This document shows, in pieces, positions 1 through 11,194 of a stretch of DNA of 64,000 nt. The DNA lies in the NCBI GenBank assembly GCA_026936335.1, contig JAPMXV010000075.1:124001-188000 (forward strand), in the 5' to 3' direction. The position numbers and the translations under genes were made by a program. The notes beneath the pieces are model-generated. The model had not been told where the DNA came from. It ran no database searches and saw only the letters and a list, made by a program, of their open reading frames with translations. Origin of the DNA: Mantamonas sphyraenae STR306. Lineage: Eukaryota > Protista > CRuMs. How positions within the stretch are numbered: the first letter of the stretch is position 1; each line of letters starts with the position of its first letter.

Positions 1-421
1 TTTCGGAGAGGGAGGCGCGAGCGGAGGCGTAAAAGTCGGGAGGCATGTTGGGGAAGATGTCTGCGAGGAGCGGGTGGACGGGGATGTCTCGGAGGGCAAT
101 AAACTCTGTGTGGGCCCAGGACTTGATTTCGGAGCGGTGGCGGGCGTGGAGATCGGAGGCGTAGATGGAGAGGGTCCAGGACGGGTGCCAGAAGTGAATG
201 GAGCCGACGAGCTGTCGGGTGGCCTTGATGGTGGAGCGGGAAACGAGGAGGACGACGTTGAGGACCTCTGTTTCGCCCGAACGGGTGTCCAGGGCAAAGT
301 GTTGACGCGTGTGGGGTTGGTTGCCCGAGGAGGCTTTGGAGATGGAGATAAAGATAAATAGGGAGCTGGAGAGGGAGAAGGTGAGGAGGGCGAGGAGGAC
401 GTGGCTGCGACGTAGGCGCAT
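1..421 (-). CDS. Type II membrane glycosyltransferase-like protein (DUF1647-like), 3' end outside window
   Basis: Not in the ORF track because it has no stop in the window. ATG at 421 gives MRLRRSHVLLALLTFSLSSSLFIFISIS (basic residues then a signal anchor), followed by VLNVVLLVS..TRQLVGSIHFWHPSWTLSIYASDL..EIKSW, which resembles the start of a GT-A fold. The frame is open to the window edge. Confidence 0.55.
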   Translation of the reverse strand, partial: MRLRRSHVLLALLTFSLSSSLFIFISISKASSGNQPHTRQHFALDTRSGETEVLNVVLLVSRSTIKATRQLVGSIHFWHPSWTLSIYASDLHARHRSEIKSWAHTEFIALRDIPVHPLLADIFPNMPPDFYASARASLSE

Positions 422-492
422 GGTGGATTGGGTTGGTTGCGCAGCGGTGTGTGTGAAGGCGGAGGCGGAGGCACCGATTTCCAGTTTCCACG

Positions 493-3400
493 ATGAGTGG
501 GCAACCGACACTTTTCAGCTTTTTTGCACGTCCGAACCAGGTCAAGGCGGAGCGAGACGCGGCAATGGATGTGGAGAGGAGCAGTGCAGAGGCGACGCCT
601 GTGGGCCGTACGGCGGTGGAGATGGAAGGGACGCCGTCAAGCAGCGCAGGGCCGATGCAAGCAGGTGGTTTGGGTGTGGGAGTGGGTGTGAGTGGAGGAG
701 GGACGAAGCGCAAGCTGGAGATTGAAGGGGCAGAGGCAGACGTGGACAGTGTGGGACGCAAGGTGAGTTTTCCTGTTTTTTTTGGCGGGAAGGCGATCGG
801 GAATCAGGAAAAGGCGGGTTTTGGCGGGAAACCGTGTCGGCTGACGCCTGGAGGTTCCAGGCACAGGGAGAGTCTGCAGCAGAGCACGCAGCACGCAAGG
901 CAGCGAATACGGGGATGCAGGGGATGGATGGGATGGACGATGGAAGCAGTAGCAGTGATGAAGACGGCCTGGATGATGTGCCGCTTGCGAAGCGGGCACG
1001 TGTGGGGAAGAAGCGGTTGATTGAGGATGAGGAGGAGGATGACCAAGACGGGTTGGATGATGTGCCTCTTGCACAAAAGGTGGGAGAAGGGGCTATGGAG
1101 GTCGAGGTGCCTACGACGCCGTCGAGGAACCCGCTGGATGCGTTTTCGTTTGGATCGCCTGCAGTGAGTGAGAGCGCGGGAGGAGGGTCTGCGGTAAAGG
1201 TGCGCGCCCTTGCGGGCAGAGCGGGAGGCAAGGCATCGTCGTCGTCGTCGTCGTCGAGCGGCAGCAACACCAACCGGGAAGAGACGCGGTACGAGTGGCT
1301 GGTGGACGTGCGGGATGCCGAAGGGAGGCGACGAGGAGAGGCCGAGTATGACCCAAGGACGCTGTATATTCCGGATGAGGCGTACGCAGAGTTTAGCAAC
1401 TTTGAGAAGCAGTTTTGGGACATCAAGCGGAAGCTGTTTGACACGGTGCTGTTTTTCCAGAAGGGCAAGTTTTACGAGCTGTACGAGAACGACGCGGACA
1501 TCGGACACCGGTACCTGGACCTGAAGCTGACGGACCGTGTGAACATGCGCATGGTGGGCGTGCCGGAAAAGAGCCTGAACATCTGGATGAGCAAGATCAT
1601 GGGCCTCGGGTACAAGGTTGCGCGGGTGGATCAGCAAGGCAACGCGACGCAGGCAAAGATGGCAGGAGTGGCAAGTGGCAAGGTGTTGACACGCAAGCTG
1701 ACAGCCATTCTGACGCGCGGGACGGTGATGGACGAGGAGCTGCTGAACGACCCTGCGGCCAACTATCTGCTGGCGATCAAGGAGGTGCCGGAGCGCAGGC
1801 AGTATGCAGTGTGTTTTGTGGACGCGACGACGGCCGAGGTGAACCTGGGGGTGTTTGAGGACGACGAGCGGCGGACACAGCTGGAAACGCTGATTCTGCA
1901 GATCCGGCCGCAGGAGCTGCTGCTGGAGAAGGGCGTGGGACGGGTGAGTGTGGAGACACGACGTGTCATCAAGGCGCACCTTGTGGCGCCGTTGATCAAC
2001 CACCTTGCGCCGGGGAGCGAGTTTTGGGACAGCGACACGACGGTGGACATGCTGCGCAGCGGGGGGTACTTTGGTGCAAACGGAGAGCTGCCCGAGGCGG
2101 TGCGGCAGGTGCGTGATGCAGATGCGGTGGGGCTGAGTGCGCTCGGGGCGACGGTGTGGTACCTGCAGCAGCTGCAGCTGGACGAGAAGCTGCTGAGCGC
2201 GGCGAATGTGCGCGTGTACGACGCGCTGACGGAGCCGCGGTACATGTCGCTGGACGGAGCGGCACTGAAGAACCTGGAGGTGCTGGACGACCACTCTGCG
2301 TCTGTGCTGTCGCTGCTGGACCACACGAGCAGTGCGTTTGGGCGACGGATGCTGAAGCGATGGGTGTGCCATCCGCTGCGTCGGCTGGAGGCGATCCGGG
2401 ACCGGTGTGCGGCTGTGGAGGACCTGCTGGAGGCACACGACCTGCGTCTGGAGGTGGAGGAGGCATTGCGTGGTGTGGTGGATCTGGAGCGAGCGATTGC
2501 GCGGATGCACGCAGGAACGATGGACGGCAAGGCTATGGTGGGTGTGCTGGAAGGGTTTACGCGCGTGGACGAGGTGATGAGACGTGTGCGTGGGGCCAAG
2601 GGAGGGTTCACGTCGGCCGGACTGGTGGAGATGGTGGAGAGTGTGCCGGAGCATCTCGGGGGGATGGTGAAGGACGTGAGCGGGATGTTTGACGTGCGGC
2701 TGGCGATGGACGGCAAAGGGGTGTTTCCTGTGGCCGGGAGCGACGCGGAGTTTGACGGATTGTGCGAACAGGTGAGCAGCCTGGAGCGTGCGCTGGAAGG
2801 GTATCTGCGGGAGCAAAAGACGCGGACGGGGATCAGCAAGCTGCGGTACAAGCACATCCAGAAGGAGCTGTACCAGATCGAGGTGCCGACGGCACAGTGC
2901 AGCGCGTTGCCAGACGACTACCGGCTGATGAGCAACACCAAGACAGTGCGGCGGTACTGGACGCCCGCGATCACGCGGTGGGTGGAAGAGCTGACGATTG
3001 CGCGGGAAAAGAAGAGCATGTTCCAGAGTGGATACGTGAGCAAGGTGCACGCAGCGTTTGACGCAGACTTTTCGGTGTGGCAGCGTGTGGTGCGTGCGAT
3101 GGGCCAGCTGGATGCGCTGTGCAGCATTGCGACGGCCAGCGAAAACATGAGCCATCCGCGGTGCAGGCCTGTGTTTGTGGAGGCGGAGAAGGAAGGAGGA
3201 GCAGTGCTGCGTGCGGACGAGCTGAGGCACCCGGGGGTGGCACGGACGCTGCGGCGGACGTCGTTCATCCCAAACAACGTGCGATTGGGAGGGCGCGGCG
3301 AGGCGCCTGTGGTGCTGTTGACGGGACCCAACATGGGTGGCAAGAGCACCATGCTGAGGCAGGTGTGTGTGGGAGTGATTATGGCGCAGCTGGGCTGCAG

Positions 3401-4019
3401 CGTGGCGGCGAGCCGGTTTGAATTGTCGCCCGTGGATCGGATCTTTACGCGGCTGGGAGCGAGCGACAACATCATGATGGGAGAGAGCACATTCATGGTG
3501 GAGCTGCAGGAGACGTCGACGATGCTGAAGGAGGCGACTGAGCATTCGCTGGTGATTCTGGACGAGCTGGGACGCGGGACAAGCACGTACGACGGGGTGT
3601 CGATTGCACACGCAGTGTTGTCGCACCTGGCGGACAAGCTGGCGTGCAGGAGCATGTTTAGCACACACTACCACATGCTGTGCAAGGATTTTGGGGAGCA
3701 CGAGCGTGTGGCATTGAAGCACATGGGATGTCTGACGCAGGAGGGGAGTGACGACGTGACGTTCTTGTACACGCTCACGGAGGGAGCGTGTCCCAAGTCG
3801 TACGGCCTGAACGTGGCCAAGATGGCCGGGGTGCCGGTGGAGGTGATTGAGGACGCGCGTGCGGCGGCAGAGATGTTTGAGGCCAACGGGGAGTTGAGTG
3901 GACGGGAGAGGAAAGTGTGGTCTGCAATGATGGGAGTGGACGGGGACGGGGACGGAGACGAGGATGGCCAAGGAGTGTTGGAGACGGTGAGGGAAGTGTG
4001 GAAGACGGGCAAGGAGTGA
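493..4019 (+). CDS. MSH6: DNA mismatch repair protein MSH6; join(493..762,861..4019), ~1142 aa
   Basis: N-terminal PIP box QPTLFSFF; mismatch-binding KGKFYELYENDA (Phe-X-Glu); Walker A GPNMGGKST; DELGRGTST; STHYH. Phase-0 intron 763..860 (GTGAGT..GCTGAC..CAG) joins the two ORFs in frame. Confidence 0.95.
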
Positions 4020-4073
4020 GGAGGAGGAAGAAGCATGGGGAACTGAAAACAATGAAGGGGAAAAGGGGACACT

Positions 4074-5267
4074 TTAGTCGGCGTGTGGGTGGTTCTGCTG
4101 CTGGTCGGACGGTGGGAGGGACGGGAGGTCGTCGTGGAACCAGCCGACGATGGGGAAGCGACCTGTGACGTAGGTGCGCCAGAGGCAAAACGGGAGGAGG
4201 GAGCCGATGGTGAAGAGGAGGCCGACAAAGAGTTGACCGCGGTAGACCGGGTCGCCGTTGGCAGTGGTGGTGGCGAGGAGAAAGAGAGAGGTGAGGGTGC
4301 CTGCGGCAAAGGAGGAGCCAAGGGAGAACATGACGAGGACGGCAACGAGGCCCGTTGTGTCACCAGCGGCGTAAAGGAGGAGGAGCTCATTGGCCATGGC
4401 AATGTCGACGGCCTGCCAAAGGAGAGAGGCCGAGGTGAAGGCGAGCACCAGCCAAAAGTCTGTACAGAGGGCGGTGCGGATGGCGGTGGCAGCGGTGGCC
4501 AGGTGTGGCACCAGGGCAAAGGCAAACATAAAGGCAGGGTCATGGTTGAGGGTACGGTTGGAAAAGATGATGGGCAGGGCGTTTTGGGTGCCAAACTCGG
4601 TGAACCTGTCGTAGAGCATGATGGAACGCGGGGCAGAGACAAGCCACATGGGCACGACGTGGGCGGCCATGAGGGTGCCTGTGTGCTTGGCATAGGGCAA
4701 CCATTGGGAAAGGCGCTTCCAGGGAAGCTGGCGGCCGGTGCCACACACGTGTCCGGGCAACTCGTGGAGGAGATAGTCCCAGGGATCATTGGGATCGATG
4801 GGCGGCGGGGAGAGGGACTTGTACTGCTTCTGCAGGCCCTGGATGTCCTTCCACAGGGCATCGACGTCGTCTTCATGGATGCCCAGCTGGCGCAGCTGCT
4901 CGCGTGTGAGGAGGAGGAGGTCGGAGCCGTCGAGGCCTGCGTTGCGCATGGTGAGGCGGTATGAAGGCCAGCCGGCGACATAGGTGATCCACTGTTGGAC
5001 GTCGCCGTTGTTCCACGACTGGACACTCTTTTTGGCGAGGCGACGGCGGACGGTGCGAGTGACAGAGTCTGTGGTGGAGGTGGAGGTGGAGGTGGAGGTG
5101 GTGGAGGACAGGTCCAGGGTCGTGCGGCCTTGTTCAAGGTCGAGTTGGCGCTTGCGCTTCATGTCGTCTTGCGCAGAGGCGTGTGTGGGTGGGAGGAGGG
5201 TGGCGAGGGTGAGGAGGAGGAGGAGGAGGGTGAGGAGGAGGACCGGGTGGGAGGGGGTCATGGTCAT
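4074..5267 (-). CDS. SAM-domain multipass membrane protein with N-terminal signal/anchor, BFAR-like (~397 aa)
   Basis: ATG 5267 is followed by a poly-Leu hydrophobic segment. SAM domain WNNGDVQQWITYV..GLDGSDLLLLTREQLRQLGI..LWKDIQGL. The downstream motifs PNDPWDY and SAPRSIMLY recall the BFAR post-SAM region. Several C-terminal TM helices. Confidence 0.7.
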   Translation of the reverse strand: MTMTPSHPVLLLTLLLLLLTLATLLPPTHASAQDDMKRKRQLDLEQGRTTLDLSSTTSTSTSTSTTDSVTRTVRRRLAKKSVQSWNNGDVQQWITYVAGWPSYRLTMRNAGLDGSDLLLLTREQLRQLGIHEDDVDALWKDIQGLQKQYKSLSPPPIDPNDPWDYLLHELPGHVCGTGRQLPWKRLSQWLPYAKHTGTLMAAHVVPMWLVSAPRSIMLYDRFTEFGTQNALPIIFSNRTLNHDPAFMFAFALVPHLATAATAIRTALCTDFWLVLAFTSASLLWQAVDIAMANELLLLYAAGDTTGLVAVLVMFSLGSSFAAGTLTSLFLLATTTANGDPVYRGQLFVGLLFTIGSLLPFCLWRTYVTGRFPIVGWFHDDLPSLPPSDQQQNHPHAD

Positions 5268-5364
5268 GGAGATGGGGGGGTTGGTTGGGCAGGGCAGGGG
5301 CGCAGGTGCATCCAAGGCACTGCATGAATCTTTGCTGAAACGATTGGGGTACTGTCTTGCAAGC

Positions 5365-6665
5365 ATGTCCTCGACAACGGAGTACTTTTGGGGGGCTGTG
5401 GATGCATCGGGTAGGTGGAGGGGTTGGAGCGTGGGTGGGATTTCCGAGGTGGGACGGGACGACGGCTCCGCGCACAGACCAGGGATGACAAGCAAAAGTT
5501 CGGTTCATATCTTAGTGTGGCACACGATGCACACACGGTGTCGAGAACCCTTTTTTAAATATTGATCTGAGGTTTTGGATGCGTGGAGGCGGAGCGAGAG
5601 GGTTTTCGGAGGGTGCCGGAAAAGCCCGGGGGGGGGGGGGAGGGGAAAGGTGGCGGCTGACACGTGGGCGGTGTGCGTGTGGCACTGTTGGACGGGCTTG
5701 CCTGCAGTGAACTGGTGTGAGGGAGACTATGGGGTGTCGCCGTACGTGGCGGAGTTTTGGAACACGGTAAGGGGCGGAAGATGGAAGGAGGTGCATGTGG
5801 GTGGGACGACTCTCTGGCGAGCGCAAAACGGACGCTGACACGGGGAGGCATGCGACAGGTGTCGTCGTTGTTTATGGCACTGCTGGGATTTGTGGGGCTG
5901 ATCAACTCGTTGGGGAGTGGATTGCCAGGAAGGTTCCATTGGGGCTATGTGTCGCTGATCACGGTGGGCGTGGGCAGTGCGATGTTCCACGGTTCGCTTC
6001 GACACGCGGGCCAGGCGGCTGACGAGCTGAGCATGGTGGTGGGCATTTGTATGTTTCTGTGGCAGACGCTGGACGAGCGGCATGTGGAGCGGGCCAAGCT
6101 GATGAGCAGCAACCAGCTGCTGGCTGTGTTTACCACGGTGTTTGTGGCGCTGGCCACGCTGTGGGCGTACACGTGGGAGAAGCCGATCTTGTTCCAGGCT
6201 TCGTTTGTGTCTATGGAACTGCTGGAGATATACTTGCTGACCAAGTGGTACAACCGTGCCAAGGAGCTGGGCACGTGGCCGGAGGCGCGGCGCGTGTTTC
6301 GCCTGTCGCAGTGGTGCGAGGGCATTGCGGTGGTGTGTTGGCTCACGGACCACGCGCTTTGTAGATTCAAGCTGGGCATCGAGTTTCACGCGCTGTGGCA
6401 CACGTTTATGGCGGTGTGGGCGTATGCGCGCATTGTGCTGCTGTCGATGATCAAGAGCACAGAGGCGTCGACCACGTCGGAGCTTGCGCTGGACGAGTCG
6501 TTGCTGCCCATGCGATGGTGGCACGGCGTGTTGCCCATCAACGCACGTGTGTCGCACAAGTACAAGCAAAAGGTGAAGCGGCAACAGGCACGCGACGCGC
6601 GCAGTGGAAACAACCCTGCCGCACGCAATGCCGAGCTGTTGCAAATGGAAACCAAGCGGGCGTAG
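5365..6665 (+). CDS. ACER3: Alkaline ceramidase (ACER3/YPC1-like); join(5365..5410,5708..5766,5859..6665), ~303 aa
   Basis: Spliced N-terminus reads YFWGAVDASVNWCEGDYGVSPYVAEFWNTVSS. CREST-family motifs GSAMFH, DELSM and FHALWH. Both introns are GT..GCTGAC..CAG and preserve frame. Confidence 0.9.
5477..5574 (+). ncRNA. Candidate intronic box C/D snoRNA in ceramidase intron 1
   Basis: Short terminal stem GACC/GGTT; C-like box GGGATGA (5482-5488); D box CTGA (5567-5570); internal GTTCGGTTCAT complementary to the LSU rRNA segment ATGAACCGAAC as I recall it. It forms an AT-rich island in the longest intron predicted in the window. Confidence 0.35.
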
Positions 6666-6822
6666 GGTGCAGGGTGCAGGGTGTTGGGTGCACCAAAGAT
6701 GGTGGGTTGGCGTTCACGCAGACTGGAGAAATACAGAGGGTGGGTGCGGTGAAGCCACAGCACACCGTTTCAACCTCGTCCACATCCAGGTGACAAGTGT
6801 CCATTTTGATTCATTTTGCTGT

Positions 6823-9481
6823 TTACAGGATGACACAACTGGATGAGGCGGCGCTCTCTGGCAACGTGCCGTCCCACTCGGGCAGGGGATAGTCGTCAAG
6901 TTCGACCAGGGCCCGCATGCGGTGTTTGGTGGCCCAGTAGGCGACATACTGTTCGTAGTCGGGCTCCCAGGCGACAGGGTTGCCGCGGAGGACGAGGCGC
7001 TGTAGGGATTTGAAGCGCTCGAGGCCGTCGAGAGAGGTGATGTTGTTGTCGCAGACGTTGAGTTCGATCAGGTTGGGCATGGTGGGCAGCTTGGCCAACG
7101 AGTCGAATGCGTTGCGGCCGAGAAAGACCTTTTCCACGCTGCGCAGCTTGATGGAGTGCAGGTCGGCGGCGAGCTCGTTGTCGTTGAGCAGCAACTCGGT
7201 GGCGGTGAGGTTGGAGAGGACGTTCGTGCGCAGGTGTTCCAGCTGATACGCCGTACCCAAGTCCTGGTAGCCCAGGTTGAGGGTGCTGGCCTCTTCCAGG
7301 CGCAGGGAGAAGTACGGACCCCGCGCAGCTTTGATTTCCTTCTTGGTCGGCTCCGGCAGTTCGATGCGCTTTTCCAGCGTAATCCGCTTGTCGTCGGGCT
7401 TGAGTTTGACCGTTTTCAGCAGGTCCGAGCTGGTCACATTGCCCTCGCCGTCCTCTTCGGCCTTCCACTTTGCCGCATCCATGTCTGTGCGCGTGGTGGG
7501 CAGCAGGAACCCACCCGTCTTTTCCTTCTTCTTCCCCTTCTTCTTCTTCTTCTTGTCCTTCTTCTTCCCCTTCTGCTTGTTCTTGGATCCCTTTCCTCCT
7601 TTGTCCTTGTCCCCGCCGTCCTGCTCCTCCTCATCCTCCTCCTCGCTGCTCGAATCGTTGTTGTTGCGTGCAAAGAGCATGCCCCAGAATCCCTGCTGCT
7701 CACGCAGGCGTCGCTTTCGCCGCCTGCGTTTCTCCCGTTCCTGTTCCCGTTCCCATTCGTCGTCTGCGTCGCGTTCATCCACCTGTTGCCTCGTCTCGTC
7801 GCCGTCCTGCCCCTGCCCCTGCCCGTCCCCGTTGCCTTTGCCGCCGCCCTCCGACACACTGTACACGTTGGCGGTAAACTCGATGGCATGCTTCTTGGGG
7901 TTGCGCTTTGCTGCACGCAGATTGCGACGTCCTCGCCGCCGGCACTCCTGGTACCAGGGCTGGTACACGAGCGGGAAATCGGTGGGCGGCCCCAACCGCA
8001 CACGCGGCGCACGCAACGGACGCTCCATCCACTCGCGATCCACACCGCGGTAGGCAAACGCACGCGCCTGCATAAAGGATGCGTCGTGGTCCCACAGCAT
8101 CCAACTTTCCTTTTCCTTCTCCTCCTCCACACGTGCGTTGAAGGCGGCCGCAGCCTCTTCGCGCCGCCGTTTCGCTTCGGCCCGTTTCGCCTCTTCCATC
8201 GCCTCCCGCTCGCTCTGGTCCACATTGGCCAGCCGTTCCGCCAGTTCCTCGTCCCCATCCGCGTCCATTTGTGCCTGCATGCGTCGCACAATGTCCGACT
8301 CGTCCGTCATCACCAGTGCAAAGAACTCTTCTTCCAGTTCGTTGGCATCCAGCACCTCTTCCTCCTCGTCTTCGGCCTCCGTTTCCGTATCGGTGCCATA
8401 GAACTGACAAAGTGGAGGGAAGCGTGGCAGAGAGGGGGGGAGGAGGGAAAGGGGGGGTGGGGGTGAAGGAGGGTGAGTGGGTGGCTGTGGAAGGGCAGGG
8501 ACGAGGTGGAAAAGGGGAGCCAGCGGGGGGACGAACGTACCTCGGGCTTTTCAATGCCGTCCTTGGTCAACGTGCCGAGAGACTTGGGCTTGGGGGCATC
8601 CTTGAGGCGCTTGGGCTTGGGGGCGCGTCCTGTGGAGCCACTGCTGCTCTTGTTGCTGGCCTTGTTGGCCTTCATGCGTGCGCGAGCCTTGGCTTTGGCT
8701 TTGGACTTGGAGCTGGCCGTTTTCGAGGCCACCAGCTTCTTGCTGGTGGTCTTGCGCTTGGCCGCCTTGGCTCCATTGTCACCCAGCACATCTTCCAACT
8801 TGGCCACCTTGGCACGTTTGACCTGTGTGTGGCAATGTTCGGGGTCGGGTGAGCACGCGGGGGCGTCGGGTGAGGCGGGCGCGGATTTGCACCGGTGGAG
8901 GAGGAGACGCTGAAACGCACCTTGGGTTTGCTGGCCTTTCCCTTGGCCTTGGCTTTGGCTTTGGCTTTGACCTTGGGTGTCTTGGGTGTCTTTGTCTTTG
9001 ACGATGATGTCTTGGCCTTGCTCTTGGGCGTCTTGGGCGTCTTGGTGCTCTTGGACGTGCTCTTGGAGCTGCTGCTTTTGCCTTTGCCCTTTTTGCTCCC
9101 CGTCGACTTGCTCGACTTTGCCGATTTCGCGCTTTTCACACTTCGCACCGACCCGGCAGTGCTGTATGCATCGTCATCGTCCGTGGTGGCCAGAAGCGAG
9201 GCAGCCGAGGCCACAGACGGCGGTGCTTTGATGGATTTGGACGATGATTTGGACGATGATTTGGACGATGATTTGGACTTGGACGACGACTTGGTCGATT
9301 TCGTCGACTTTGTGGACTTTGTCGACTTTGTGGACTTTGCTGTGCTGTAGCCCAGGTCATCGGTGTCCGATTCGGGCAGTTTGGAGAGTTTGACCTTGGA
9401 TTTGGGTTTGGCCTTGGCCTTGCCCTTGGGCTTGGCTTTGCCCTTGCTCGGCTTTTTGGGCTTTTTGGGCTTGGCCGGCAT
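6823..9481 (-). CDS. Lys/Ser-rich N-terminus, C-terminal SDS22-like LRRs with LRRcap, and CaaX box; complement(join(6823..8403,8541..8822,8921..9481)), ~807 aa
   Basis: Three ORFs joined by phase-0 introns (8920..8823 GTGCGT..CAG; 8540..8404 GTACGT..CAG). LRRs such as LIELNVCDNNITSLDGLERFKSLQRLVLRGNPV. Ends in CVIL-stop. Confidence 0.8.
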
Positions 9482-9542
9482 TTACAGTTGGGTGGCGCTT
9501 CGCGGCCCAAAACAAACGAAAAACCAATCAAAGGAACAAAAA

Positions 9543-11162
9543 ATGAGCAAGGCAACGACAACAAAGACGGGAGAAGGGGCAGGAAAGAGCGAAAGCGACA
9601 AGCAAAAGCTGTGGGGAGGGCGGTTTGTGGGAGGGATTGATCCGCTGATGGCCAAGTTCAACGCGTCGATTGGGTACGATAAGCGTATGTGGTCGCAGGA
9701 CATCCGTGGGTCTCAGGCATACGCAAATGCACTGCAGGGGGCAGGCATCATCACGGAGGAGGAAAACGCGACGCTGCAGGAGGGCCTGAAGGCGGTGGCT
9801 GCCGAGTGGGAAGCTGGGACGTTTGAGATTGGCGACGGGGACGAGGACATCCACACGGCGAACGAGAGGCGGTTGACAGAGCTGGTCGGGAGCGTGGGGG
9901 GCAAGCTTCATACGGGCAGAAGGTGAGGAGGGAGGGAGGGAGGGAAAAGGGGGGGGTTCCTGGTTTCCCAGGAGCCAGCCAGCCGGAAGATGATGGTGTG
10001 GACACGCTGACACAAACAGCCGCACAGCCGTAACGACCAGGTGGTGACGGACATGCGGTTGTGGCTGAGGGACGAGATTGACGCCTTGCTGCCTCTGTTG
10101 GGGGAGTTGATTGCGGTGGCAACAAAGAGGGCGCAGAAAGAGGTGGAGCTGCTGATGTGCGGGTACACTCACCTGCAAAAGGCGCAGCCGATCCGGTGGG
10201 GCCACTTTCTGCTGCGGCATGCGTGTGCATGGAAGCGAGACTATGAGCGACTGCAGCAGGTGCGCACAAACCTGAATGTGTGTCCCCTGGGCAGCGGCGC
10301 GTTGGCAGGAAACCCATTTGGGGTGGACAGGGATGCGTTGGCACAGGAGCTGGACTTTGACGGCGTCACATGGAACAGCATGGACGCTGTGAGCGACAGG
10401 GACTTTATCATGGAGATGCACTTTTGGGGCTCGATGATGGCGGTTCACCTGTCGGGCTTTGCCGAGGACCTGATTGTGTACTCGAGCAAGGAGTTTGGCT
10501 TTGTGACCATGGCCGATGCATACTCGACGGGCAGTTCGCTGATGCCGCAGAAGAAGAACGCCGATGCTGCGGAGCTGCTGCGCGGCATCGCTGGGAGGAT
10601 CTCAGGGAACCTCTCAGGCTCGCTGCTGTTCATGCACGGCCTGCCGTCGACATACAACAAGGACATGCAGTTTGATGTAAGTTGACAGATCTCAGGGTTG
10701 CAGGCGAGCGACTGCGTGGCTGACACCTCCTTCTTGCAGAAAGAGCCTCTGTTTGCGCTGTGCGACGACATGCGCATGATGCTGCCGATTGCGACGGGGA
10801 TGCTGTCGACCCTGACGGCCAACGCAGATGTGATGGAGGCGGCGTTGACATCGGAAATGCTTGCGACAGATGTGGCGGAGTATCTTGTGCGCAAGGGAAT
10901 GCCGTTCCGGCAGGCACACCATTGCGTCGGCGAGGTGGTGCGTCTGGCGGAGGAGAAGCAGTGTGAGATGAGTGCGCTGGAGCTGAAGGAGCTTCAGGAG
11001 ATCAGCGAGGTGTTTGACGTGGATGTGGCCGAAGTGTGGGACTTTGAGCGCAGCGTGGACTTGAAAAATGTGCAGGGAGGCACGAGCAAGGAGAGTGTGC
11101 TGCAGACGGCCGAACGTATGTTGGAGTGGTTGTTTGGGCATGATGAGCCAGCAGAGGAATGA
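9543..11162 (+). CDS. ASL: Argininosuccinate lyase; join(9543..9922,10028..10676,10740..11162), ~483 aa
   Basis: KLWGGRF; KLHTGRSRNDQV restored across intron 1; [10 protein letters not shown]; signature [10 protein letters not shown]; [11 protein letters not shown] restored across intron 2. Confidence 0.97.
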
Positions 11163-11194
11163 ATGAAAGAATGAAGCGCTGTTTGTTTCTGTCA

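Noticed and set aside
804-4052. 1082-aa antisense ORF and similar long shadow ORFs (12416-18717, 51556-53430, 56951-58978)
   Set aside because: They mirror real genes or tandem repeats in GC-rich DNA and show no domain signal.
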